The position numbers were made by a program, and so were the translations under genes. A stretch of 63,904 bases of DNA, filler included, from Folioceros fuciformis (taxonomy: Eukaryota), in the NCBI GenBank assembly GCA_049999805.1. It is 6 parts of 6 records of this genome, joined end to end, with 100 filler letters (N's around TTAATTAATTAA, not from the genome) between each part and the next. Parts side by side here need not be neighbours in the genome. Positions count along the whole stretch, not along the records: positions 1 to 18,791 come from JBNGIO010004054.1; positions 18,892 to 33,552 come from JBNGIO010004056.1; 4 more parts are not named here. One strand, given 5' to 3'. Position 1 is the first letter of the stretch, and every line of letters begins with the position of its first letter. Positions 12,152 through 23,769 of this stretch are shown here, in pieces. The notes beneath the pieces are model-generated. The model had not been told where the DNA came from and searched no databases. It was given only the letters and a program-made list of their open reading frames with translations.

Positions 12152-13672
12152 TGTGGGAAAAAATATTGTACCTGGGGGTACCGTGAGGTCCACACAAGCT
12201 CTCTATGTGGTTATAGCACTGGGATTCGATCCCAAGGGAATGATTTGTGTCAAATAACACAGGTTTCTTCTAAAAGTCAGCTACTACCTAGGTCGGACTT
12301 CAACTACCCTAGCTCCACTACCTACAGGTTCAACTACCTCTACCACCGTTGTGAGTCACCTACCACAAGCTCTACGCCACAGCCTGACCTCACTCGACTA
12401 CCAGAAGGGCCCTACAACTACCAACTTTCCGGCTACTCGGGGGGGGACTTCTACTACCTCAACTCCTCGGCCACCCTGGTCCCTACTCCACGACGTCGGT
12501 AAAAGATCTCTTCAATGGTAGCGGGCTTAACTACCTCGGTGGGTCCCACCTTTAGCCTCTCTCTAACTCTAGGTTTACCTTACCCCTTCCGGTTTCTCTC
12601 AGAACCTAAATAGCGGTTCGAGGTCTCGCACTATCCCAGGCATTCCTGACCAACCAGCCATACACTCCAATTGTCACTTTTTACTTCCAACTCACGACGC
12701 GCTGCACTCAAGGACTACCATGCCAACTTCCCACTTCCACGGCCGCGATTTGGTACGAATAGCCCCACACTTGTTTCCACTCTTACCTTGGACAGCTCGC
12801 ACTCGGTGCGCACAACGATCTCTCAGTCAAACCCTTTCCAATGTAAGTCACGTCACGCACCATCTTTCCGGTCACTCACCATTCGCAACTCACTTACCCC
12901 CCGATTGCACACAGCAACTCCCAATCCCAGCGGCGTCACAGCGCCCCTCCCCCACAACTTCGTACATAAGAACAGTTCAAGCCAGGGCTCTTTCTCTTAG
13001 CCCATTCGCATCTCACCTCGCAGCTTATTAGTCATGCATACAATTGGTCAGACACCGCCTCTGACACTCAGCCTCGGTGACTCCTCGGTCACTTAGATTT
13101 TCCAGCACCCCAGACACTTCTCCGTCGCCTATGCCCGCGACTTCACCTCTCAACACACTTAGACTCCGGAACGGCAGCCACTCAACCTCGCCTTCACGTT
13201 TCACACACTCACTAACACTCCTCCTTCTCGACACACATGCTTCTCTCGATTTTGTCTTACACACTCGACCCTCAGTCGATTCACTTCTCTCAACTCTTCT
13301 TCCACCCGCCCTTCTCCAAGCCTTCTTCTCCCCCTCAGTATTTAAGGGGGTGGCAAGAACACTAGGGGATAAGGGAAGCGATCCCCACTTCCACTCTGCA
13401 ACTGGCGTATTCGTCCCCTTTTGCTACCACCACCCTACGCGACGGAAAATAACGGGAATAGCAGAGAAGTTTGGCTTCCACTCAGCGAGGCTATCCCTCC
13501 CGATTCGTCCCCGAAACCACTGTTGCGGAGCAGTCGCAACCTGCACGCCGCCACCCAGGAACACTACGTGCGTTCTCCTGCTTGGATCTCCCTATCCAGC
13601 AGCGGCCATTGCTAGGCTTCCTCAAGTTTGAAATGTCGGGCTTGTTTTTGCTGCTTTCGAAGGCACCAAACA
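12152..13672 (-). mobile_element. Athila-like 3' LTR (about 1.5 kb)
   Basis: Plus-strand TGTGG...ACA boundaries; both ends are homologous to 57401-58407 (GAGGTCCACA, CCAAGGGAATGATTTGT, GGCACCAA(A)CAAGCCTCTT). Confidence 0.65.
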
Positions 13673-13802
13673 AGCCTCTTGTACACGCTGGTGGCGGGTC
13701 CTCTTCCACCATTAAGTCTGGTCAGGGTCAGTCGGAGCTCTTAATTATGAGCGGCATAGGTCCAAGCAAAAACAACCTAAAAAAAACTACTCCAGGATGC
13801 AT

Positions 13803-14225
13803 TTATTGTCGCCTCTCTCCTCGCCGCGTTCGCCTCCCTCCTGGCCATCGCGCTCCTCCTCTCGCTGGCCGGCCTCTGGCCCTCCTTCCCCACCGTTGGT
13901 CGGGTAGATCCTCCCAGAGGATCTCCACCTCGCTCCTGCTACTGCTGGGCACTATTGGCAGTGGCGCAGGTGGGTCCTATCGCAGGGAACTCCTCTCCTC
14001 CTCCCGTTACCGATTGTTGAGGATGAGGACAGGTTCCTGCTCAACTCACTGCTGCGCCTCATCTGTCAGCTCCACCAGGAATGCCTCGGAATAGCAGTGA
14101 GGCAGTCCCCACACCCGCCAACAGTAGTAGTAGGACCCCTTGTGGGTCCTCAGCTGCAGGCCGTAGCCCCGCGTCCCTTCTAAGCCCACACGCACATGTA
14201 AACACACTTTCAGAACTCGGGCTCC
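13803..14225 (-). pseudogene. C-terminal part of the Athila-like extra ORF, copy 1
   Basis: HVRVGLEGTRGYGLQLRT...VEQEPVLIL...SEVEILWEDLPDQR plus an Arg-rich tail; aligns with the copies at 55474 and 58542. Confidence 0.7.
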
Positions 14226-14527
14226 TGTAGGGTTATTAAAGCCCAATGTGCTTAGACTAATGTGTTTAGTCTCATATTAGTATCTAGTTAAGTATCATTA
14301 GTTTAGATTAGCTTAAACTAATATGTAAGAAGCTTCTTGCACAGCTTCCTATGCGCTTCTTTTGAAGCTTCCTAGGGAGCTTTTCTAGAGGGTTTAAATA
14401 GCTCCTTGAGCTCCCTTGCAATGTGAGACACTGAGAGTGTGACCTCTCTTTCTCCTCTCCTCCTTGCCTCCTCCTCTCCTCCTTCACCATGCAGCTCCTC
14501 TAGCGATCCTTCAAGTGGTATCAAAGC
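14226..14527 (+). mobile_element. Copia 5' LTR (14226-14513) with iMet PBS (14516-14527)
   Basis: TGTAGG...TTCA then TGGTATCAAAGC; homologous in inverted orientation to the LTR at 16790-17116. Confidence 0.85.
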
Positions 14528-15043
14528 TTGGGTGTGGAGCAATGGTGATGTCTATAGGTGCTGCGGACAAGGTGCACAAGGTAGCTTCGGAGTGAGACAG
14601 CAACCAGGAGGAGTGTACAACCCGCTCCTAGGGTGCAAGGGTCTCCAACCCCGCCGTGCAAGGCAACGCGGAGCGAGAGCAGGAGCCGGAGCGGGAGACC
14701 TGGCTGTGGGCGCAAGAGGGCGCTGGGCACCACGGGCATAGACGATGTAGGGCGCCGCCAAACCCAGGGGCGTAGTGCGCCCAGGTACCTGCCATCCCGC
14801 GGGGGATGCCGAGGCCGTGGGGCACCAAGGCCCCCGGCCAACCCGCAGGCGCCAGGCTTTTCAAGGGACATGACTCTTGTATTGTATTCAGTAGTGTGTC
14901 ACATTTGTATCTCAGCACTTAGGCTATTCGTGTGAAGGCTTGTGCCTGTTGGAGTTCAAGGGACATGACTCTTCAACAAGGTGCGTTTATTCCTTACAAT
15001 CTAATGGAATGCCTAATAGGTGATGTCTATCAGAATTCCTATA

Positions 15044-15600
15044 CTCCCCTCAGACATAGCATGTTAGGCTGAGGGGAAAACTACCATATGAACGTCAAGT
15101 AGACTCATGCAGGCTAAGTGCTTATCCCTTGGAAAACTCTTGGTAAGGATATTGGCTGCTATATGTTCAGTTGGGCAATATTTGAGCTTGATCTATCTTG
15201 CTGTACGTTTCTCGCGAACAAAATGATATTGCAAATCGATGTGCTTTGATCGTGAGCTGAACTTTGGGTTCCTAGCCAAAGCCAGAGCGGATTGATTGTC
15301 GATCTTAATTATCACGGGCTTCACTTGTGTTATACCAAGCTCCTCTAGTAAACGAGCTCGATCAACCACACGCTTGGTGGCCTGAGTAGCTGCCATGTAT
15401 TTGGATTCCGTAGAAGCAAGGGCTATGGCGGTTTGCCTCTTAGAGCCCCAATCGATGGCAGCATTGCACAACATTAGCGCAAATCTAGAGGTCGATTTCT
15501 TCGAGTCCACATCTCCCCCCCCCCCAATGGGCATCCGTGTAAGCAAATAACTGAGGGTAGTGAGGAACTTTGTCCACATGCCCACTGTACAAGAGCCCAT
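15044..15600 (-). mobile_element. Copia RNase H fragment with PPT
   Basis: WGSKRQTAIALASTESKY, KHIDLQYHFVRE; PPT CTGAGGGGAG near 15044-15053 inside a CCCCTCAG...CTGAGGGG inverted repeat. Confidence 0.85.
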
Positions 15601-16000
15601 GGGTCATGGGCTTACTTTAAGAGATTCAACATTGCAGAGGATCCATTTTGTCAAAAATGTAGGTCTTCAGAAGAAACTCGTCACCACATCCTTGGCCAGT
15701 GTATGGCCACTCGCAACGCTTGGATCCAGGTGTTTCAACTCTCTTACTACGATATCCGCCAACTTCTTAGTGTTCCCAAACTCAAGGAAAAACTTCTCTC
15801 TTACTTCAAGGCGATTGGCGATTACTTAACTTAGGCTTATTGACATAGCTATCTAGATTTGCTATTTTGTTTGCTCTAATCCTCTTTCTTGTGCGCTTTC
15901 CCAAAGTGTCCATTCAATCATGTTTTTGATTCACGTTCCGGCGTCATAGCCTCACGACTACATACGCCTAATGATAAATAAATAAATAAATAAATAAAAA
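15600..16000 (+). mobile_element. 5'-truncated LINE 3' end with CCHC knuckle and (TAAA)n tail
   Basis: Frame starting 15601 reads YFKRFNIAEDPFCQKCRSSEETRHHILGQC...DYLT*, followed by a short 3' UTR and a (TAAA)n run at about 15974-16000. Confidence 0.7.
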
Positions 16001-16589
16001 GAGATGGAGATTCCAACTACCCAAGAAATGGGGAGAAATAACTAGAAGCAGGCTAAAGATGGAAAGGGCCATTCAAACCGAACTCCATGCCTACCTACCC
16101 CTCGGGCTCTACAAGTTATGGTGTAATGTATTGATCCAAAGTGCTTATCTAATGTCTGCCCTAATGCAAGTGATGGAAAGTTTTCGATCAAATTTATTCC
16201 ATCTCTCATCAATTCAAAGTGAGGAAATCATGTTAACATCTATGATTTTGATTTACTTTGATAAGCGAGTACATACCTTTAACTCGTAGTCTTATTGGAT
16301 TGACACTGTGTAGAATGCATAGTACTTATAATGTAGCTTGCAGAAAAAGCATTGATAGAGTTGTTCAAGTAGAACAAACTTGTACCCAATCCAAGAGACC
16401 AAGTCTTTATACTTGTGTACCATTGTATGCAGTCAAAGAGACCAAGTCTTCATACTTGTGTACCATTTGCAAAACTTTCAGTCAAACAGACAGACTTGTG
16501 CGATGTCCAAAAGGCCAAGTACCACATTCAAGGCACTGACACACTAAGCAAGTGTTTGAAGTGTTTCATACAACCCTAGGTCCCACAGT

Positions 16590-16760
16590 GGAGTGGAGGA
16601 AGCTCCATTGTAGGAGGGTTCAAGTACAACATTGATGGTCCTGTTCTTGTACTTCATCCACTCTTAAAGACTAAGTGGAGGTAGCTCCACAGTCGGTGGG
16701 TTCTAGTACACCATTGATGGTCCGGTTCTAGTACTTCGATCATCCCCTCTTAAACACTAG
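16590..16760. repeat. Two imperfect ~85-bp tandem units
   Basis: AGTGGAGG(A/T)AGCTCCA...CATTGATGGTCC...CTCTTAAA occurs twice. Confidence 0.6.
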
Positions 16761-16789
16761 GCAACACTAGGCTTCTGGGATGCAACGCG

Positions 16790-18791
16790 TGAAAGGGTCA
16801 ATAGAGGAGCATGGTGAAGGAGAGGAGAGAAGAAGAGAGGAGGAGAGGAGAAAGAGAGGTGTCACAGTGTCTCTCACAGCTCTATTGCAAAGGGAGCTCA
16901 AGAGGGTATTTATACCCTCTAGAAAAGCTCCCAAGGAAACTTCACAAGAAGCTTCACAAGAAGCTCATAGGAAGCTATGCAGGAAGCTTCCTAAAGATTA
17001 GCTTAAGCTAATCTAAACTAATGTTATTTAATTAGACACTAATCTTAGACTAATTACATTAGTCTAATTAGATTAATCACATTAGTTTAAGCACATTGGG
17101 CTTTAATAAGCCTACAACCGCCCCCTTAAAGGCCAATTTACCTTCATAGGGGAGTGGTCTACCTCATGCCCATGAGTGTCCGAGCTTGTGCGAATTGCTC
17201 CGAAGAGAGCCCCTTGGTAAGAACATCTGCAAGGTTCTAACTGGTGTGAACTTTAACAAGTTGTACCCTCTTGTCTTCCAACACCTCTCGAATGAAGTGA
17301 TACTTCACTTCCACATGTTTGGTCTTCACATGAAACACTGGATTCTTTGCCAATTGAATAGCACTCTGGCTATCACAATGCAACACTGGCAGCTCAACCT
17401 TGATCCCTAAATCGCCCACTAGACGAGCAAGCCACATGGCTTCCTTGTATGCCTCAGTTGCTACAACATACTCGGCCTCTGTAGTAGATAGCATTATGCA
17501 AGATTGCAAACGAGATCACCATGAGACTGCCCCTCCTGTGCACATGAAGACGTAACCTGATGTGGACCTCCTTTTGTCCATATCCCCTGCATAATCAGCA
17601 TCCGTAAATCCCACGACAGATGCATCTTCACTACCAAAACATAAGCACAAAGCTTTCATACCATTCAAGTACCTCATAACTCCTTTCACTGCCTCCCAAT
17701 GCTTCCTGCCAGGGTTTGACATAAACCTGCTAACCACTCCCACTGCAAAGGCAATGTCAGGACGTGTAGCAATCATTGCATACATCAAACTCCCTACAGC
17801 TGATGAGTATGGAACCTTCTCCATTTCAGCTTTGTCCTCTGCAGAGCTTGGGCAATCCTTGCTCGACAGTTTCACATATGGAGGCAACGGAGTACTTAAT
17901 ACCTTCCCCTTCTCCATATTGAAACGTTGAAGCACCTTGTTAATGTATTCAGTCTGAGATAAGTACAGCAAACGCTTATCTGTCTCGACGAATACGCATG
18001 CCAAGAATATGGCTTGCCTCTCCCAAGTCTGTCATGTCAAAGCGACCATTCAACTTTGACTTCAACGTTGAAATCTTATCACTGTTAGTCCCAACAATTA
18101 GCATATCATCCACATAGAGGACCAGAATGAGCAAGCTTCTATCCTTAGCTTGCTTTGTATAGAGGCAATGATCCTCATCGCTATGCTTGTAGCCTTGAGA
18201 AAGCATCAATGAATGGAACTTGAAATACCACTCCATGGGTGCCTGCTTCAAACCATAAAGGCTTTCTTTAACCTGCACACTAGATTCTCTTTGCCCTTCT
18301 CAATGAAACCCTCTTATTGCTGCATGTATACCTCTTCCTGGAGATCACCATGCAAAAATGCCGAATTCACATCCATCTGGACAAGTTCCATGTTGAGCCT
18401 CGCAACTAGACCAAGAACACATCGCAAGGTGGTCATTTTGACAACCGGTGAGAAAATCTCATCAAAGTCAATACCTTGCTGTTGCTTAAAACCCTTCGCA
18501 ACCAATCGTGCCTTGTACTTAGGTTTGCCATAATGCGGTATGTCCTTCATTTTATACACCCATTTGCATGGCAATGCCTTCTTGCCCTTAGGCAACCAAA
18601 CCAACTCCCAAGTTTGGTTCTTGTGGAGCGAATCCATCTGCGACTGCATCGCTTTCTCCCACTTGTCCTTGTCAGTCACTGACATGGCCTCTAGGTAACA
18701 AGAGGGCTCCCCACAATCCATCAGCATGACATAATGAAGAGATGCAACATACCTGTCAGGAGGACGTGAGATCCTTCCTGACCTACGAAGC
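16790..18791 (-). mobile_element. Copia 3' half: RT, RNase H, PPT and 3' LTR (16790-17116)
   Basis: KALPCKWVYK, LYVDDML, FTDADYAG, KHVEVKYHFIRE; PPT TTTAAGGGGGCGGT at 17117-17130; truncated by the linker. Confidence 0.92.
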
Positions 18792-18891
18792 NNNNNNNNN
18801 NNNNNNNNNNNNNNNNNNNNNNNNNNNNNNNNNNNTTAATTAATTAANNNNNNNNNNNNNNNNNNNNNNNNNNNNNNNNNNNNNNNNNNNN
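18792..18891. other. Artificial contig linker N44-TTAATTAATTAA-N44 (also 33553-33652, 45789-45888, 55190-55289, 62671-62770)
   Basis: Identical 100-bp structure five times; the 12-mer has stop codons in all six frames. Confidence 0.98.
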
Positions 18892-18956
18892 ATCTCCTCC
18901 GGTGCTTGCCCTAATTATCTCCTCCGGTGCTTGCCCTAATGATCTCCTCCCTTGCC
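18892..18956. repeat. 25-bp tandem repeat, about 2.5 copies
   Basis: ATCTCCTCCGGTGCTTGCCCTAAT(T/G) repeated. Confidence 0.8.
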
Positions 18957-19295
18957 TTTGCATGTAACTTGTGGTTCACCCCATCCCCCTATCACCCTGG
19001 TTCGTCCATCTCCCGAAGGAACGTGGTTTGGCCCACCCTCCCCTTCAGAGGGGAGTGTTATTTCACTTGTACTCTCTTTCGGCGTTTGGAGGTGAAGAAA
19101 AGTCTCCATGCCAATGCCAGCAACCTCATGAAATCTCTGTTGACACCTCCATCACAGGTGAAGGACTTTCTTCAGAGTCATCAAATGAGGAATCTACTCG
19201 TAAAATAGATCAACCTCCTTAAATCTGTTGGCGAAAGGTTTTGCGTTTCTTCTACTACTTCTTGATCAGAAGATACCAACTATACGCATGAATTG

Positions 19296-21198
19296 TTAAG
19301 CTAGTAACTTGACAAGTTGGTCATGAAGGACTCCTCCATTAGAAGCCAGAACTGAGCCACCGAGAAGTGGTAATGGCTCACCATCCATCGCTGTTACTCG
19401 TCCTCCCGCTTCCTGTGACTTAAGTATTTACGGGATAGAAATGCACAACAGGTAGGACTAAGATCTGAGCAGGGGAAAATAAGATGCACTCAAACCGACA
19501 AGAATTGATGGATACACATACCTCCACGATCAACCTTGCTGCTGCAATATCCCATGGCTGCAAAAACAATTGGCCACACTGGGGTCATGATTAGTCTGGG
19601 AAGAGGCGAAATCGTAGTACCACAAAGTAATCCTGAACTAAACACAAGCATTCCTCATGGATTGATATATCATCAGCCATGCAGAGCCACCCAGAAAGGC
19701 ATTTCAACTCGAGGATCCACTTGGTGGGCACAAACCTTTAAGCCATGCTCAAAGAAACAACCCAGTCGACCAGCACCTACGTAGCTCATATGAAGAGCCT
19801 AACCCCGGGCAACCGTTGTTAGAATCTCGACAACAGTAAGATGGAAGGCTCACTCTCAACTGCTACAGCACCCTCTAGGAGCAACATAAGATGATAAGAC
19901 CACAACTTTTCAGGATGTACTTCAACTCACAGCAGTGCCTAAAGCCCGGACTGACCGAACTTTAAGAGCAACCTTAGATATGGCATCCACCATTCGCAAC
20001 CGAAGTTCTGGCTGCAAACAGAGATTAGCAGTATTAGCTGATGAAACCAAAGACCAAAGATCTTCCCATGCGTGGAGCTACCTTTCAAAGCCCAAAACCA
20101 CCTTAGAGGGGAAGCCCAATGATATAGTAGCATCTTCCAGTGGCGTCTCACGTGTTAATACGGATATGGGTTTTCCATTGAGGTAAGCACCTATACACGG
20201 TCGGACAGCATGAGGAGATCAACACTTCCCTGCCCCATCACAGTGGATTTCGAACTAAACACAATGTCCTAGTGCCAAGCGAGGTTGAGGAAGATAGAAC
20301 AGAACGGGGGACGTTACCACAGCCTCTTCGAGCAACGAAGAGTTCATTTTGAAAAGAGTTGTACACAACTCCAAGCTCGATCTTTCCACGATGTGCCACT
20401 CCAATGGACACTACGGACAAGGGTACTCCCCCAACCTCTAGGCACAAATGGAGGGCAACCCACAAGAAGGAGCTGTCAAATTAGGAGTGAGGAAAGAGTG
20501 TTCATTCCAAGCCGCCCAGCTTTCGTGAGCACTCACAAAATTCAGAGTTCCATCGATAGGATCAACAATCCATATCCAATCAGAGCTATCCGTGGTACCG
20601 AGAAGCCTCTCCATCTCGACGCGTGTAGCAGTTTCCTCCCCCACGCAAAAGTGAGTGGGGAATCGGGCCTGCGACAGTCCTCGTCTTAGAAGCCCTTGCA
20701 CGGTGATGAACCCTTTGCCACCCAGACTGTACCTGTATCTCAGCTTGTATGACGCGCTCAATGCTGCGGTCCACCTCAGTAACCAAGTCGTATCTCACGT
20801 CCTTGACATCAATCTGAAAGCGTAAGGCTCTGATAGGAGTCAGCGTCAGTTAAACCTCTGTGTCAAGAAAGCAGCTGCTGCTACCGCTGGATGAGATTCT
20901 CATGGGTGCCCAAAAGTAAGACTAACATGCCGGGCTCGACCCGACTTGGATCGGATTTGCTCTCCAGCCTGCGCAACCCGTGACTAGAATCAGCTTAGCG
21001 CCTTGCAGTAGCAAAGCTTGTGGCAACGAGAGCATGCCGTACCTGAAGTGCTAATCGGAGGGCAAGATCCTCGATCTCTGCTGAACCTTGCTTTGAGCTG
21101 GCAGCCGCAGCACGGGTCTTGACAAGAATCCGCTCACAACGTGAAACGGGCCAAACAGGAGATCCCCTTGCTCCCACAATCGCCGTTGCCAAAGCCAT
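19296..21198 (-). CDS. Inositol monophosphatase family protein with putative plastid transit peptide, 10 exons
   Basis: Hand-spliced GT-AG exons give DLVTEVD, GEE, WIVDPIDGTLNF, GAYLNG, RALGTAALHMSYV, PWDIAAARLIVEEAGG; ATG 21196-21198, TAA 19296-19298. Confidence 0.92.
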
Positions 21199-21276
21199 TT
21201 CTGCTCGGCCCTGTAACCTGTCTCCGGTCACGTCCACTGGCCCCAACGTCAGTCTCAGTGAAAGACCCATATACAC

Positions 21277-21354
21277 CTACGGACACATACATTATATCTC
21301 CACGTGGGCTGAGCGCTACGGACACATACATTATATCTCCACGTGGGATGAGCG
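21277..21354. promoter_or_regulatory. 39-bp tandem duplication, each unit containing a G-box CCACGTGG, in a divergent promoter
   Basis: Units 21277-21315 and 21316-21354 differ by 1 nt; CCACGTGG at 21300-21307 and 21339-21346. Confidence 0.8.
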
Positions 21355-21519
21355 CAGTTGAGATGCTGAGATTCTGGATAACCGGAGCGAAGCTAACAAA
21401 AGCTATGTAGAGTGCGTTTAGTCTGTGAGCATGCAATTGTGCTCACAGTCTCTCCCGCTGCTTGCGACACAGCGAGAGCCAATTCTCTAGCGCTGGTCAG
21501 CTGGACCCAAGATCGAGGC

Positions 21520-22442
21520 ATGGCTCCGGCTGTTGCATCTCTGCAGCTAATGAGACAGCCAGGCCCAGTTTCCTCATCATCCAGCCAGCCATGTTCAGTA
21601 ACCTCGTCAGCTAGCCAGGCTCAGTTCCGTCACCAGGCTGCAGAAAGCTCGCAAGTGCCTGTGCCTCTCGGACTGAGAGCATGTCTATGTCTCTCTTTCT
21701 ACTCCCACTGCTCCTACTCCTACACCTCCTTTCCTTCCCTGGCAAGCCAGCGCAGGCGTCGAGGCCGAGTGGTGGCTCAGGTTGAATCCGATGCCCCCGG
21801 TAGCAGCAGTGCCAGCATTCTTAGCACCACCCCGAATTCCGGCACGGGAAACAGCAGCTGCTGCGGAGGCAGCGGGAAGGCGGGCGCGGGAGGATGCAGC
21901 AGCAAGGAGGTAGATGTGTCGGGAGTGGGCAAGGAGTTTGAGGCCATGATGGCTGCGTCCACCATCGCCGAGTTCGAAAAGGGCTACCTCACGGGGGAGG
22001 TAACACTGACTCTGGCTCTTCGCCCCGTTGGCTCTCTGGCCCACACCACACTCTGATCGAATGGTGGGCTCCTGTGCAGCTGAAGGGGATGATCACCAGG
22101 GATGTTGTGCTAGAAGTGATGACCATCCCAGAAGCTACGGTATGTCGCAAGCCTGCCTGCCTGCTTATCTCGTACCGTGATCCATTGCTCCTGCTGTTGA
22201 AATTGGCTCACATACAGTGGCTTCCANNNNNNNNNNGGGGATCGTGTAGTTCAGTGTCGTTGAAGACGACTGATTAGCTTACGGGAAAAAGCCTCTGAAA
22301 TGACTCGGGCTTGCATGTAAGACACCGGCTTCTCCTCCAGAATTTGCCTGATCCAGAGTCGTTCATCCGCATACTTTCATTTATGTGACCACGTTCACAA
22401 GTGTTGCAGGGGGCGAACTTCATGAAACTGAACATTTTGTGA
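21520..22442 (+). CDS. Hypothetical protein (about 190 aa) with a putative plastid transit peptide, 3 visible exons
   Basis: Exons 21520-21999, 22080-22139 and 22410-22442 join in phase with GT-AG ends; Ser/Ala-rich N-terminus ending RRRRGRVVAQ. A 10-N gap in intron 2 could hide exons. Confidence 0.7.
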
Positions 22443-22573
22443 ATCTAAAGCTTGTTTGCACCCACTGACGGGCTAAGAAGAGAAACAGCGTACGCCCCCT
22501 CGAAGTTGTGACGTTCTCTCTGAACTTGTGCCCCCTGCGCAAGTATTGCAGACCATAACCAGCTTCCTGCAAG

Positions 22574-23564
22574 CTAAAGCTGTGGAGTATAGGGAGCTCG
22601 ATCCACAACTAGATAGTCCCCTCTAATGTCCCTGGCTACTCGGATTTTCTCATCCAGGTACACGGACTCGAACCTGCGTAGATGCGAGGACAATTTGAGG
22701 ATGCAATAACCTGTGAGCAGGGCCGAAGCCTCGTAGTGGATGAACCTTAGCACTTACCAGCCCTGTCCCACCGGAGGAATCGGAATGCTCCAGTTCCGAG
22801 TTCGAAGTTCCGCACTAGTGAATCTGTTAAGAGCACATGCAAGCCCCCACACACTTAGGCACTGACATAGCCCACATCCAGAGTCTGAGCTCGTCGCCCC
22901 GGCACTCACCTGAAGTCCACTCTCTGCGCGGAAACCACTTTAATCGTGGCCTTTACCACAAAAGTGCCAGTAGGTGGGAATGTGATGACATTGTTGAGTG
23001 TCCCCCCCACGACATCAATCACCTGCGTCCAGGTCCAAGTGACATGACTTCCCAGGCACATGCGAAATCGTAGTGCCCGGTGGGGCTACCCCCTATGCAC
23101 CTATGCACTACGCACAATACGCATAGCACATTGCACGGCCTCAACCATGTCGCACGGACCTGGAGGATGTCCCCCGCTTCAGTTCCAAACAGCGGCGCTT
23201 TCTCCACAATGAAGAGCTGCTCCTTTTCAGAGGTCCACAACATCCTCCATGCTGCTGTCAGCGAATCATCTGTGGTAATAGTGTGAGCTCCCCACGCTGC
23301 CAGAGCATCGGCGGCCTTGACTATCTGTGCCCGCTTCTGCGTATCCTTCTGCGTCTTCAATCCCCTCTCTTCTCCTGCGATCAGGTCCAGCAGATCATCC
23401 CTGACCAGCTGCGCCCCGCAAGGCTGTGAGTTGCTGCACACCCTTGCCGCCAAGCTTCCCTTTCTGGAGCTCACAATCTTTGCCCAAGCAACTCGGCCCC
23501 TCCAGCCATGCGCTGCAATCTGCGAAGAAATCCCTGAGCTCACAACACAATTTGTGGCTGCCAT
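22574..23564 (-). CDS. FBN9: Plastid lipid-associated protein / fibrillin, FBN9-like, 4 exons
   Basis: Exons 23160-23564, 22910-23022, 22758-22823, 22574-22673 give WRMLWTSEKEQLFI, LNNVITFPP, GQGWFESVYLD, IRVARDIRGDYLVVDRAPY. Confidence 0.9.
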
Positions 23565-23769
23565 GCTACAGATTTCCCGCTGCTGCAAAGTGGATGGATA
23601 CTTGGTTTGCAAAGACTCACCAAAGCCAGTTGCGTTGCTCATCTCACGCAAAATTGCAGTTACATTCTCTTGTATGGGCCAATACATGCGTCTACATTAT
23701 GGTTCGATGACGCCAAAAAGGGCCACTTGCTCTGTGATGCGATGTTTGCGTCTGGGGAAAGGCCTTGTA

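Noticed and set aside
12671-13631. Long Ser/Pro/Thr-rich plus-strand ORFs
   Set aside because: They lie inside a C-rich LTR; compositional artefact.
14439-14935. Cluster of overlapping ORFs on both strands
   Set aside because: GC-rich retroelement leader with low stop frequency and no recognisable motif.
18836-18847. Recurrent palindrome TTAATTAATTAA
   Set aside because: Always centred in 44+44 Ns; an artificial six-frame-stop linker. Adjacency across linkers is not biological.
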